From Fervidobacterium sp. (lineage in GTDB: Bacteria > Thermotogota > Thermotogae > Thermotogales > Fervidobacteriaceae): a DNA stretch of 64,000 bases. Position numbers and translations under genes: made by a program. Where the stretch lies: assembly GCA_049970055.1 (NCBI GenBank), contig JBMFNR010000002.1, forward strand, positions 116,406 through 180,405, read 5' to 3'. This document shows, piece after piece, positions 1 through 8,866 of the stretch. Positions within the stretch are counted from its first letter, which is position 1, and each line of letters starts with the position of its first letter. The notes beneath the pieces are model-generated. The model was given only the letters and a program-made list of their open reading frames with translations. It was not told the DNA's origin and made no database searches.

Positions 1-427
1 CAAACCAACCTAGTTTCTCTAATTTTTCTATATTTTCCTTCGTTACAGGGTTTTCGAACATCCTTGTGTTCATCGTAGGGACGATTATTTTCTGTTTTTT
101 ATCAAACGCCAGAGCAGTTGTAGTTAATAAATTATCTGCCAAACCATTTGCTAGCTTCGCAATTGTGTTAGCCGTTGCAGGAGCTACAATAAAAACATCT
201 GCCCATTTCGATAGCTCTGTGTGTATAATCCAGCCAGATTCGATCTCGTATGTGTCGGTATAGACTTTACAATTTCCAACCGAAGAAAATACAATCGGAT
301 TAATCAATTTCACGGCATTTTCTGTCATGATAATTTGTAAATTCCAGCCCTGTTTCCTTATTTTACTTGCCAGATCCACTGCTTTGTAAATGGCTATACC
401 AGAACTAACCCCGAGAAGAATGTTCAC
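1..427 (-). CDS. coaBC: Phosphopantothenoylcysteine decarboxylase/ligase CoaBC, N-terminal part (runs off window)
   Basis: Manual translation: (M)NILLGVSSGIAIYKAVDLASK...HTELSKWADVFIVAPATANTIAKLANGLADNLL...PTMNTRM, the flavoprotein motifs. GAGGTG RBS precedes GTG 427 (alternative GTG 433). Absent from the ORF track. Confidence 0.9.
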   Translation of the reverse strand, partial: MNILLGVSSGIAIYKAVDLASKIRKQGWNLQIIMTENAVKLINPIVFSSVGNCKVYTDTYEIESGWIIHTELSKWADVFIVAPATANTIAKLANGLADNLLTTTALAFDKKQKIIVPTMNTRMFENPVTKENIEKLEKLGWF

Positions 428-443
428 TTTCACCACCTCACTT

Positions 444-979
444 TTATTGATTCGACAGAGCCTTGAGAAGTTTATATATACTTGGCATTTCTAAATGAGC
501 AATCCTTAGCTGTTCTTCATCTTTCAAAACATCTCTTGTTGGTCCATCGGATATTATCTTTCCAAAGGATGAAATTGCTTTTTTTCCTCAAGTCCTACGA
601 TTTCAAGTGTTTCAATTGACTTTTTGTACGCATACTCTTTATCATGCCATATGTTTAATGGTCCGAACATAACTTCGTCAATGACTTTGCTTTTGAATAT
701 TTGATCAGCTGGATTTTGAAATACAAGTCCAATTATTTTTGAAAGTGCGGCAACGGTTGTATCTTTTGTATTTACATCTTTGACAAAGACTTCACCTTTT
801 GTTGGTTTGAGAAGACCTTTTAAAATTTTGACAAAGGTTGATTTTCCTGCTCCGTTTTCTCCAACAATTGCAACAGGTGTTTTATCAAATGTTATGCTTA
901 TATTCTCTAGAACGTACTTTTCAGGTTTGTATGAAAACCATAAGTTTTTTACTGTTACTGTGGCATCTACACTTCCCAC
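444..979 (-). pseudogene. ECF transporter ATPase (second A subunit) with internal deletion
   Basis: Walker A GENGAGKST and Q-loop VFQNP are present. The frame stops after FHPLER, with no signature or Walker B motif. The C-terminal tail (ISDGPTRDVLKDEEQLRIAHLEMPSIYKLLKALSNQ*) follows in another frame to TAA at 444-446. Confidence 0.85.
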
Positions 980-1827
980 TTTATTTGAACTCCCTTCAGT
1001 AATTCTACCGCTTGTTGAAACTTTACAGGATAGTAACCATTTTCGTTCCTCACATTGTATTCTTTGCATATCTTTGTCTGAAATGTTTTCCCAATTTCAT
1101 AATCATCTATTTGAGAAAGAGAAAACACCTTTTCCGGCTCGTCGAAAGCAAATACTTTTCCATTATTTAAAAGTATTATCTTATCCACGTACTCAACGAG
1201 CTTCTCATACTTGTGCTCCACAATTATTATTGTCATCCCAAGTTCTTTAAGTTTCTTGATAGTCTCAAATACCTCTGTTGTACCTTGTGGATCAAGTTGA
1301 GATGTTGGCTCGTCGAGTATCAAAATCTCAGGCTCTAAAGCCAAAACACTTGCAATTGTAAGCCTTTGTAGTTGCCCGCCTGAGAGTTCGAAAGGATTAT
1401 CATTACGTTTTTCCCATAGGTTAAATTGTTTTAAAACTTTTTCTATCCTTCTGACCATTTCTTCCCTTTCTGTACCCACATTTTCTAAAACGAAGGCAAC
1501 TTCTTCATACACCGTCATCTTTGCTCCGCTTATCTGCGAAAATGGACTTTGAAGGATTAGCCCTACTTTTTTGACAAGTTTTTCAAACGGCAGTTGCTGT
1601 ATATCTTCTCCATCGATTGAAATTTTTCCATGATACTTCCCTTTGAAAAATCGTGGTATGAGGCCACTTAGCGCATAACATAATGTTGACTTACCAGCTC
1701 CATTTCTACCGATGATTCCTACACTCTCACCTTAATAGATGGTAAACGACACATTTTCCAGAGCATTTTTATCTGAGAATGGATATTTGTATGTTAAGTT
1801 TTTAACATCTATCTTGATGGCATTCAT
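967..1827 (-). pseudogene. ECF transporter ATPase (first A subunit) with in-frame stop
   Basis: MNAIKIDVKNLTYKYPFSDKNALENVSFTIY*GESVGIIGRNGAGKST is in frame with ORF 967..1518 (LSGGQ, LDEPT). TAA at 1732-1734. Confidence 0.85.
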
Positions 1828-1896
1828 CAATTTAGTTACCGGAGCTAATTTGTGAACGAAAGAATCTTTTTCGACATACAAGTTTAAAATTCTCAC
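1828..1896 (-). pseudogene. Remnant N-terminus of ECF T component (EcfT)
   Basis: 23 codons, MRILNLYVEKDSFVHKLAPVTKL, resemble the EcfT N-terminal pattern Y..DS.lH.LdP.tKL. They join the ATPase ATG in frame. Confidence 0.7.
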
Positions 1897-1905
1897 AGGG
1901 TATGT

Positions 1906-2478
1906 TTACTCCTCTTTGAATGTATAAACAAGTGTTTTTGGGAGCACTTTGAAAATTCCAAACGCTATGAAAACTGAAAGAACTTTATCAACAAGATCAA
2001 CAACCAGTTCATCAAAGAAAGAAGAGAGCCATATTCCAACATTTTTTGACATTAGAAACGCGAAAAGTGCGTCTCCCCAAATATTCCCTGTTTGACCTTC
2101 CCAGAAAATAACGTTGAGTGGAACAGAAATGATGGTGGCCACAAGTGCAATAATAAGACCACTTAACAAAGCTCTGAATGCATTTTCAAACATCTTTGCT
2201 TTGTAAAGTAAACCCGCTGCAACACCTATACCAATACTTGTGAGTGCATACACAAAGGATATCGGACCAGCGGTTAGACCGTAAATGATATTGTTGATCG
2301 CTCCACTCAGCCCACCTACAACAGGGCCTGCAAGTATGGAAGCCAAAATTGTACCAATAGAGTCAAGCCACAGTGGCAGTTTCAAAAACTCGGCAAAGAA
2401 CTTCCCCGCGTAGTTAATACCAACCACAACAGGTATGAGTACCAAAACAGCTGTTGTAAACCTACTTGTTTTCGTCAT
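1906..2478 (-). CDS. ECF transporter S component
   Basis: 190 aa hydrophobic protein with an LKLPLWLDSIGT...AGP motif, first gene of an ECF module. Confidence 0.85.
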   Translation of the reverse strand: MTKTSRFTTAVLVLIPVVVGINYAGKFFAEFLKLPLWLDSIGTILASILAGPVVGGLSGAINNIIYGLTAGPISFVYALTSIGIGVAAGLLYKAKMFENAFRALLSGLIIALVATIISVPLNVIFWEGQTGNIWGDALFAFLMSKNVGIWLSSFFDELVVDLVDKVLSVFIAFGIFKVLPKTLVYTFKEE

Positions 2479-2541
2479 TCAAATACCCACCCTTTTTACC
2501 TCCGTTTTAAGACATCCGTTAAAATTATACCACAAATTTAC

Positions 2542-2588
2542 TTTACAATAAGATATACAAGTGATATAATATAGTTAGTTTTAACTAA
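2542..2588 (+). promoter_or_regulatory. Sigma70-type promoter of suf operon with palindrome at start site
   Basis: TTTACA(2542)-17 nt-TATAAT(2565) with extended TGn, followed by TTAGTT-TT-AACTAA at 2575-2588. Confidence 0.6.
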
Positions 2589-2621
2589 GTAGTGCAAAAA
2601 AAATAATACAATTACGGAGGT

Positions 2622-3362
2622 GTGATTATGTTATTGGAGGTTAAAAACTTATCGGCAAAATTACCGGAGCAAGACAAGGTGATTTTAAAAGGTGTTGATT
2701 TAGCTATGAACAAAGGCGAAGTACACGTTATAATGGGGCCTAACGGGTCGGGAAAATCTACGCTTGCAAATGTGATAATGGGAAACCCAAAATACGAGGT
2801 TATCTCCGGCGATATTCTCTTTGAAGGTGAATCAATACTTGGTTTAAGAACAGATGAGAGGGCTCAGAAAGGGCTTATGATGACCTTTCAAAATCCGTAT
2901 GAAATCGAAGGTGTAAAACTTGATCAGCTTCTGCTGATAGCTTATAGAAAATTGCACGGTGAGGATAAGATATTCTTCCAGCTAGATAAAGAGATGAAAC
3001 ATTTAGTTGACGAAGTTAGCTTACCACATGAATTCTTGGAAAGGTTTGTTAATCTTGGATTTTCCGGTGGTGAACGGAAAAAAGGTGAAATTTTACAAGC
3101 AAGGTTTTTAAGACCAAAGTTGTTAATATTGGATGAAATCGATTCGGGTCTCGATGTTGATGCATTGAGAATTGTTGCAAATCAAATAAACAAGATAAAA
3201 GAGGAAGGAACCTCTTTGCTTATAATCACGCACTATTCAAGGATATTGAACTATCTCGACGTTGATAAAGTCCATGTTTACGTGGATGGAAAAGTGGCAC
3301 TGACTGGTGATAAATCACTAGCTTATGAAGTTGAAGAAACCGGATACGCGATCGTTAAGTGA
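2622..3362 (+). CDS. sufC: Fe-S cluster assembly ATPase SufC
   Basis: GPNGSGKST, GFSGGERKK, LDEIDSGLDVDAL; operon context. Confidence 0.95.
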   Translation: MIMLLEVKNLSAKLPEQDKVILKGVDLAMNKGEVHVIMGPNGSGKSTLANVIMGNPKYEVISGDILFEGESILGLRTDERAQKGLMMTFQNPYEIEGVKLDQLLLIAYRKLHGEDKIFFQLDKEMKHLVDEVSLPHEFLERFVNLGFSGGERKKGEILQARFLRPKLLILDEIDSGLDVDALRIVANQINKIKEEGTSLLIITHYSRILNYLDVDKVHVYVDGKVALTGDKSLAYEVEETGYAIVK

Positions 3363-3391
3363 TTGTCTGCGTCCGAAGGGAGGCTCTAAAT

Positions 3392-4801
3392 ATGAGTGAT
3401 CTGAATGAACTTTTGTACGAGTTGAAGAGAAAGGAAAATTTTGAATTAAAAGTCAATGTACCAGCCGCTTTAAAATTACCAGCCGGCTTGGATAAAAAGC
3501 TTGTTTACGAAATCTCAAAAGCGAAAGATGAGCCTGAGTGGATGACTCAACATAGGCTCAAATCGTTTGAGATATTTGAAAAATGGCATGAACCAAATTG
3601 GGGCGTCGAAAGAAGCGAGCTTGACTTATCAAAGATTGTACCATACGTAAAGCCAAATGCTAAGAAAACTACAACCTGGGATGAAGTTCCCGAGGAAATT
3701 AAGCAAGCTTTCGACAGGCTTGGGATACCGGAAGCTGAAAGAAAGTATCTTGCCGGTGTCGGTGCACAATTCGATTCAGAAATGATCTACAAGAACATAA
3801 AAGATGAGCTGAAAAAGCTGGGGGTCATATTTATAGATATTGAAAGTGCAGTCAAGGAGTACCCTGATCTAGTGAAAGAATATTTCATGAAGCTTGTTCC
3901 CCCAACTGATAATAAATATGCAGCATTGCATGGCGCGCTGTGGAGCGGCGGAACATTTCTTTACGTTCCGAAAGGTGTGAAAGTACCTCTTCCATTGCAA
4001 TCTTACTTTCTGTTTGGGAATCCTGGAGGCGGACAATTTGAACATACAGTGATAATTGCAGATGAGGGTAGTGAGGTAACGTATATAGAAGGATGTACTG
4101 CTCCTAAATATGATGTTGTGAATCTGCACATAGGTACTGTGGAAGTTTACGTTAAGGAGGGTGCAAAACTAAAGTACTTAACAATGCAAAATTGGAGTAA
4201 AAACATGTTTAATCTTGAGATCAAGCGTGCAATTGCAGAAGATGATGCCGTAATGACTTGGGTATCTGGATCGTTTGGAAGTTACAAAACGATGGTGTAC
4301 CCGGCCACAATACTTAAAGGTGATAATTCAGTCTCGGAGAACGTGTCTATTTCATTCGCAGGGCCTGGTCAACATATAGATACTGGCTCAAAAGTTATCC
4401 ATATAGGGAAAAATACACGTTCAACAGTTGATGCAAGAAGTATAAGTATCGGTGGTGGATGGTCCTTCTATAGAGGTTTGCTGAAAATAATGGAAAATGC
4501 AAAGGGCTCAAAAGCTTCGGTAAGTTGTACAGGGTTAATGATAGATAACAAATCAAAAAGTGACACGGTACCTATCATAGAGATACACAATTCTGATTCA
4601 GATGTTGGGCATGAAGCAAAAATTGGTCGTATAAAAGATGAACAGATATTCTACCTTATGAGTAGAGGTCTAAGTGAGCTGGAAGCGAAGGGTCTTATTG
4701 TAAAAGGATTCATACAACCTGTTGTTCAAGAACTACCTTTCGAATACGCAATTGAATTGAGTAGGCTGGTTGATATGGAGATAGAATCTTCAATAGGCTG
4801 A
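3392..4801 (+). CDS. sufB: Fe-S cluster assembly protein SufB
   Basis: GQFEHT, YIEGCTAP, VGHEAKIG, FYLMSRGL. ATG 3392 follows GGGAGG. Confidence 0.95.
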   Translation: MSDLNELLYELKRKENFELKVNVPAALKLPAGLDKKLVYEISKAKDEPEWMTQHRLKSFEIFEKWHEPNWGVERSELDLSKIVPYVKPNAKKTTTWDEVPEEIKQAFDRLGIPEAERKYLAGVGAQFDSEMIYKNIKDELKKLGVIFIDIESAVKEYPDLVKEYFMKLVPPTDNKYAALHGALWSGGTFLYVPKGVKVPLPLQSYFLFGNPGGGQFEHTVIIADEGSEVTYIEGCTAPKYDVVNLHIGTVEVYVKEGAKLKYLTMQNWSKNMFNLEIKRAIAEDDAVMTWVSGSFGSYKTMVYPATILKGDNSVSENVSISFAGPGQHIDTGSKVIHIGKNTRSTVDARSISIGGGWSFYRGLLKIMENAKGSKASVSCTGLMIDNKSKSDTVPIIEIHNSDSDVGHEAKIGRIKDEQIFYLMSRGLSELEAKGLIVKGFIQPVVQELPFEYAIELSRLVDMEIESSIG

Positions 4802-4864
4802 TTGTTTTGGAATGCGGTAAGATACAGTGGGTACAGTAAAGTACATTAAAGGAGGTACTTTAAA

Positions 4865-5989
4865 ATGGAAAAGACTTTGCGATTGACACATCAAAATATG
4901 AGAGCAATCGTCCCTGATATAAAAACAATTGAGATAAAAGACTATACAGTAGATGATTTTAGACCAAGCGGCAATAATTTACTTGACGAATGGAGAATAA
5001 AAAGACTCTCAGAATACTTAAGCTACAAATTTCCAGCATGGAGAAGAACGGGGCTAAAAGAGCTTTCGTTACCTGATGTAAGAAGTTACAAAGGCCTAGA
5101 ACAAATCGATGAGGAAGCTTTAAACTTGCTTGAAGGACTGGATTTTGAAGGGGCAGATAGAAAATTTGTCTTACTTGCTGATGTGTTTTCTTCAAGTGGC
5201 GAATATTTTTCTATTGATGAAGATACAACCTTAATCTTAAACCAATTCGAACAGTACGATAATACATTGATAGATATAAAATCTGGCACACTTGAGTTAA
5301 TCAGAATTATCGAAAAGCCATTCTTTGTTGGGAATTTGAGAATAAATGTGAGAAAAAATACAAGCCTAAAGCTGTATAACTTGTACTTAGCGAGCGGTGG
5401 ATTGATGATTTCAAATGTTTTTATAAACGCTGAAGAAAACTCAAATACGGTCGTCAGAGACTTTTATTTCGGGGGTAAAATTAACACTGGCTTTTTTGCA
5501 ATGAGATTAAACGGTGAGAACACTCATGCCGACGTAAGGCCTTACTATCTTGGCTATAAAAAGAATGTTATCGATATACTCTATCTGATGAGGTTTTACT
5601 CACCAAATGCTTACGGAAACGTCGACTCTAAAGGTGTTTTAGCGGATGAATCAAAAGTAGTTTTTCGTGGTATAATGGATATATTGAGTGGTGCAAAAGA
5701 GGCTGAAGCTCATCAAAGCAACCATGCAACTCTCATTTCCCAGAAGGCCAAAGTTGAAGCAATACCAAGCCTTATGGTAGACGAAAACGATGTTGTTGCA
5801 TCACATGCGGCGAGTAGTTCTCCGATAGATGAAAGTATGTTGTTCTACTTAATGACAAGGGGAATACCAGAAAAAGACGCGCAAAATATGATAGTTAGAG
5901 GCGTTTTCGAAACATTAAAACAAGAGCTCGAAAAATACAACTTGGGAGGCGTTGTCGAGAATGCACTCAACAGTGTGGTCACAGGATGA
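4865..5989 (+). CDS. sufD: Fe-S cluster assembly protein SufD
   Basis: PSLMVDENDVVASHAAS and FYLMTRGI; lies between sufB and sufS. Confidence 0.9.
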   Translation: MEKTLRLTHQNMRAIVPDIKTIEIKDYTVDDFRPSGNNLLDEWRIKRLSEYLSYKFPAWRRTGLKELSLPDVRSYKGLEQIDEEALNLLEGLDFEGADRKFVLLADVFSSSGEYFSIDEDTTLILNQFEQYDNTLIDIKSGTLELIRIIEKPFFVGNLRINVRKNTSLKLYNLYLASGGLMISNVFINAEENSNTVVRDFYFGGKINTGFFAMRLNGENTHADVRPYYLGYKKNVIDILYLMRFYSPNAYGNVDSKGVLADESKVVFRGIMDILSGAKEAEAHQSNHATLISQKAKVEAIPSLMVDENDVVASHAASSSPIDESMLFYLMTRGIPEKDAQNMIVRGVFETLKQELEKYNLGGVVENALNSVVTG

Positions 5990-7220
5990 GTTTCAAAGTA
6001 TTTTAGAGGAATTTCCCACACTTAAAAGGAGTATAAATGAAAATAGATTAGTTTACCTTGATAACGCTGCAAGTACTTTAAAGGCAAAATCCGTCATCGA
6101 AAAGATGACGGATTTCTACTTGAATCATTATTCAAATATTCACAGAGCTGTTCACACTCTTGCTTCAGAATCAACGGTTGAATATGAAAAAGCACGTGAA
6201 AAGGTTGCTAAATTTCTTGATGCAGACATTGAAGAGGTAATATTCACGAGTGGAACAACGATGGGGATCAATTTTCTTGTAAACTCTCTTGTGAGAAGTG
6301 GAATATTGCGCAGTGGTGATACAGTTTTACTATCCCAAGTAGAACACCATGCGAACCTTGTACCTTGGGTTAGGCTATCGAAATTTTACGGTTTCACAGT
6401 GGAGTACATCCATGCGGATGAAAAAGGGGTAATTACAAAAGAGTCTATTTTACAAGCAAAAAAGTATAACCCAAAAATCGTTTCAATAACAGCACAATCA
6501 AATGTAACAGGACAAGTTATGCCAATCGAGTTCATACGCGAGGTGTTTAAAGAAAGTTTTCTTATAATCGACGGTGCTCAATTTATACCACATAAGAATG
6601 TCAATGTTAAAAACTTGGATGTGGATTTTCTTGTATTTTCTGGTCATAAAATGATCGCACCAACGGGTATTGGTGTCCTCTATGGCAAAAAAGACTTGTT
6701 GGAACGCTTAGAACCATTTTTGTACGGTGGTGAAATGATAGACAAAGTAACTTTTGATGATGTCACATTTAATGTTTTGCCATACAGGTTCGAAGCTGGC
6801 ACTCAACATATTGCAGGAGCCGTTGGGCTTGGATACGCTATTGATTTTCTCGAATCAATTGGGTACGATAAAATAGAAAACTATATCAAAGAACTTTCAA
6901 TCTATCTGCTTAAAAGACTCAGTGAACTTGACTTTATAGAGATATACGGCCCCATCGATGATTCTCACCAATCTCTCGTTTCATTCAACGTCGACGGTGT
7001 ACACCCACATGACGTGTCTCACATTCTTGACGAGCATTTTGGTGTTGCAACAAGGAGTGGACATCATTGTGCACAACCGCTCATGAGCGTTTTATCAAGA
7101 GGTTCGAAGATAGAATTCCCAAACTCGACGGTAAGGGCAAGTGTTTATTTTTACAACACAAAGGAAGATATAGACACACTTATCGACGGTTTGAAAGAAG
7201 TAAGGAGGTTGTTTTTATGA
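5952..7220 (+). CDS. sufS: Cysteine desulfurase SufS
   Basis: YLDNAAS, FSGHKM (PLP lysine), RSGHHCAQP. Start could be ATG 5961. Confidence 0.95.
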   Translation: MSRMHSTVWSQDEFQSILEEFPTLKRSINENRLVYLDNAASTLKAKSVIEKMTDFYLNHYSNIHRAVHTLASESTVEYEKAREKVAKFLDADIEEVIFTSGTTMGINFLVNSLVRSGILRSGDTVLLSQVEHHANLVPWVRLSKFYGFTVEYIHADEKGVITKESILQAKKYNPKIVSITAQSNVTGQVMPIEFIREVFKESFLIIDGAQFIPHKNVNVKNLDVDFLVFSGHKMIAPTGIGVLYGKKDLLERLEPFLYGGEMIDKVTFDDVTFNVLPYRFEAGTQHIAGAVGLGYAIDFLESIGYDKIENYIKELSIYLLKRLSELDFIEIYGPIDDSHQSLVSFNVDGVHPHDVSHILDEHFGVATRSGHHCAQPLMSVLSRGSKIEFPNSTVRASVYFYNTKEDIDTLIDGLKEVRRLFL

Positions 7221-7621
7221 TTTACTCTGAATTTATAATGGATTATTCGAAATTGAAAAAATTCTATGGAAAGATTCAAAATCCACACAAAGTTGAGGAA
7301 GGTAAGAACCTATCTTGTGGAGATGAGGTAACATTGTATTTCATCTTCGAAGGTGATAAAATAGTAGATGTTAAATTTGAGGGGCACGGTTGTGCAATTA
7401 GCCAAGCCTCAACAAATGCGATGATAGAGCAAATTATCGGAAAAACTAAAGAAGAAGCTTTAGAAATGATTAAAAGTGCCGAAAATATGATGCTTGGAAA
7501 AGATTTTGATGAAAATGTTTTGGGACCAATCGTGAATTTTTACGATGTGAGAAATTATCCAATGCGTGTTAAATGCTTCTTGCTACCTTGGAAAACATTG
7601 GAAATAGCGCTAAAGAAATGA
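7217..7621 (+). CDS. sufU: SufU scaffold/sulfur-transfer protein
   Basis: NLSCGD, GCAISQAS, PMRVKC. ATGA overlap with sufS and AAGGAGG RBS. Confidence 0.93.
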   Translation: MIYSEFIMDYSKLKKFYGKIQNPHKVEEGKNLSCGDEVTLYFIFEGDKIVDVKFEGHGCAISQASTNAMIEQIIGKTKEEALEMIKSAENMMLGKDFDENVLGPIVNFYDVRNYPMRVKCFLLPWKTLEIALKK

Positions 7622-7664
7622 GAAAGACAGAAGAAGAAAGAAAAGTGGAAGGAGGAAAACACAG

Positions 7665-7985
7665 GTGAGAAGACTTGTGAAGGAATTTTCCGATTTTCTA
7701 AAACAGTATAACGTAATTGGTCTTGCTGTGGCAATTATCATGGGGGGAAAGGTGAATCAGTTCGTAACCTCTTTTGTAAACGATCTGCTCATGCCAGCTA
7801 TATTTCAACCTGTTCTCACAAAGATGCGTCTTAAGAGCATTGAGCAAATTAACTGGCATGGCATATATTGGGGAAAAGTGGTATCTGCTGGCCTTGACTT
7901 TCTTTTAGTTGCTTTTCTGGTCTTTTTATTTATACGTACAATGAACAAAGTTACAGAGAAAGCGAAAACATTGAAGGAAAAATAA
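7665..7985 (+). CDS. mscL: Large-conductance mechanosensitive channel
   Basis: KEFSDFLKQYNVIGLAVAIIMGG and SFVNDLLMP; two TM helices. Confidence 0.85.
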   Translation: MRRLVKEFSDFLKQYNVIGLAVAIIMGGKVNQFVTSFVNDLLMPAIFQPVLTKMRLKSIEQINWHGIYWGKVVSAGLDFLLVAFLVFLFIRTMNKVTEKAKTLKEK

Positions 7986-8010
7986 AATGGCGACTATCGT
8001 CACCATTTTA
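7984..8010. terminator. Hairpin between convergent mscL and Memo-like gene
   Basis: AAAATGGCGAC-TATC-GTCACCATTTT, imperfect inverted repeat. Confidence 0.5.
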
Positions 8011-8030
8011 TTCTTACTTGGTTATTTTAA

Positions 8031-8831
8031 CTATTTTAAAATAAAAGATGCATACCCGACTGTGTAAGAATAATCTTGTGAAAATTCTGCGCTTGTAGTG
8101 TGATAAACAAGCTCGGCCTGTGTGAATAAACTTCTCACTACTGCAACAGGGCCAGGGCCGCACATCGTTACATTGTGTCTTTTTAACACCTCCAAAAGTC
8201 CTTCTAGGTCATTTTCTAAGATCTTTTTGATCGCTAATTCATCTTTCTTTACAGTAACTTCGTGTGGATCGTAGTGATTAAAATCAGAGGATGCGATGAC
8301 CAACGTATCCGGATATTTTTCTAAAATATTCTTGATCTTACGAGAAACTTCCAGAGATGTTGATAACCTCTGGTCCATCATACACACAGGTACAATACTG
8401 AATGTTCCAAATGCGTATTGCAGTAGCGGTAGCTGAACTTCTATAGAATGTTCATATAGATGTGCCATTTCATCTGGAAATACCAATTCGTTATCAATTA
8501 ACATACTTGCCATTTCACTGTTGATCTCAACTTTTCCGAGTGGTGTATGCCAACTGCCTTCCCACCATACTGAAACAGGACTACCGTAACCTGTATGGTT
8601 TGGACCAAGGATTATGATATTTCTTGGGCTACCGAATTCCATTGCTCTTCTAATTCCAATTCCTGCCGTTTTGCCACTGTAGATATATCCTGCATGCGGT
8701 AGTATTAATCCTATTGGATGTGTTAAGATTTCCCCAATTTTTCTTTCCCCAATGAAAGCCTCACATGTTTTCTCAAGTTGGATTGGAGTTCCTGGATAAA
8801 ATTTGCCAGCAACAATAGGCTTTCTATCCAT
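8031..8831 (-). CDS. AmmeMemoRadiSam system protein B (MEMO1 family)
   Basis: VAGKFYP, PHAGYIYSG, GPNHTG, EHSIEVQLP, SSDFNHY, TMCGPGP. Confidence 0.92.
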   Translation of the reverse strand: MDRKPIVAGKFYPGTPIQLEKTCEAFIGERKIGEILTHPIGLILPHAGYIYSGKTAGIGIRRAMEFGSPRNIIILGPNHTGYGSPVSVWWEGSWHTPLGKVEINSEMASMLIDNELVFPDEMAHLYEHSIEVQLPLLQYAFGTFSIVPVCMMDQRLSTSLEVSRKIKNILEKYPDTLVIASSDFNHYDPHEVTVKKDELAIKKILENDLEGLLEVLKRHNVTMCGPGPVAVVRSLFTQAELVYHTTSAEFSQDYSYTVGYASFILK

Positions 8832-8866
8832 ATAAGATGCTCCTTTAATATAAAATTCAAAATGAT

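Noticed and set aside
66..263. 65-aa plus-strand ORF
   Set aside because: Antisense to coaBC.
7067..7216. Extended N-terminus of SufU in the track
   Set aside because: Overlaps the sufS coding sequence. A strong RBS and ATGA coupling support the start at 7217.
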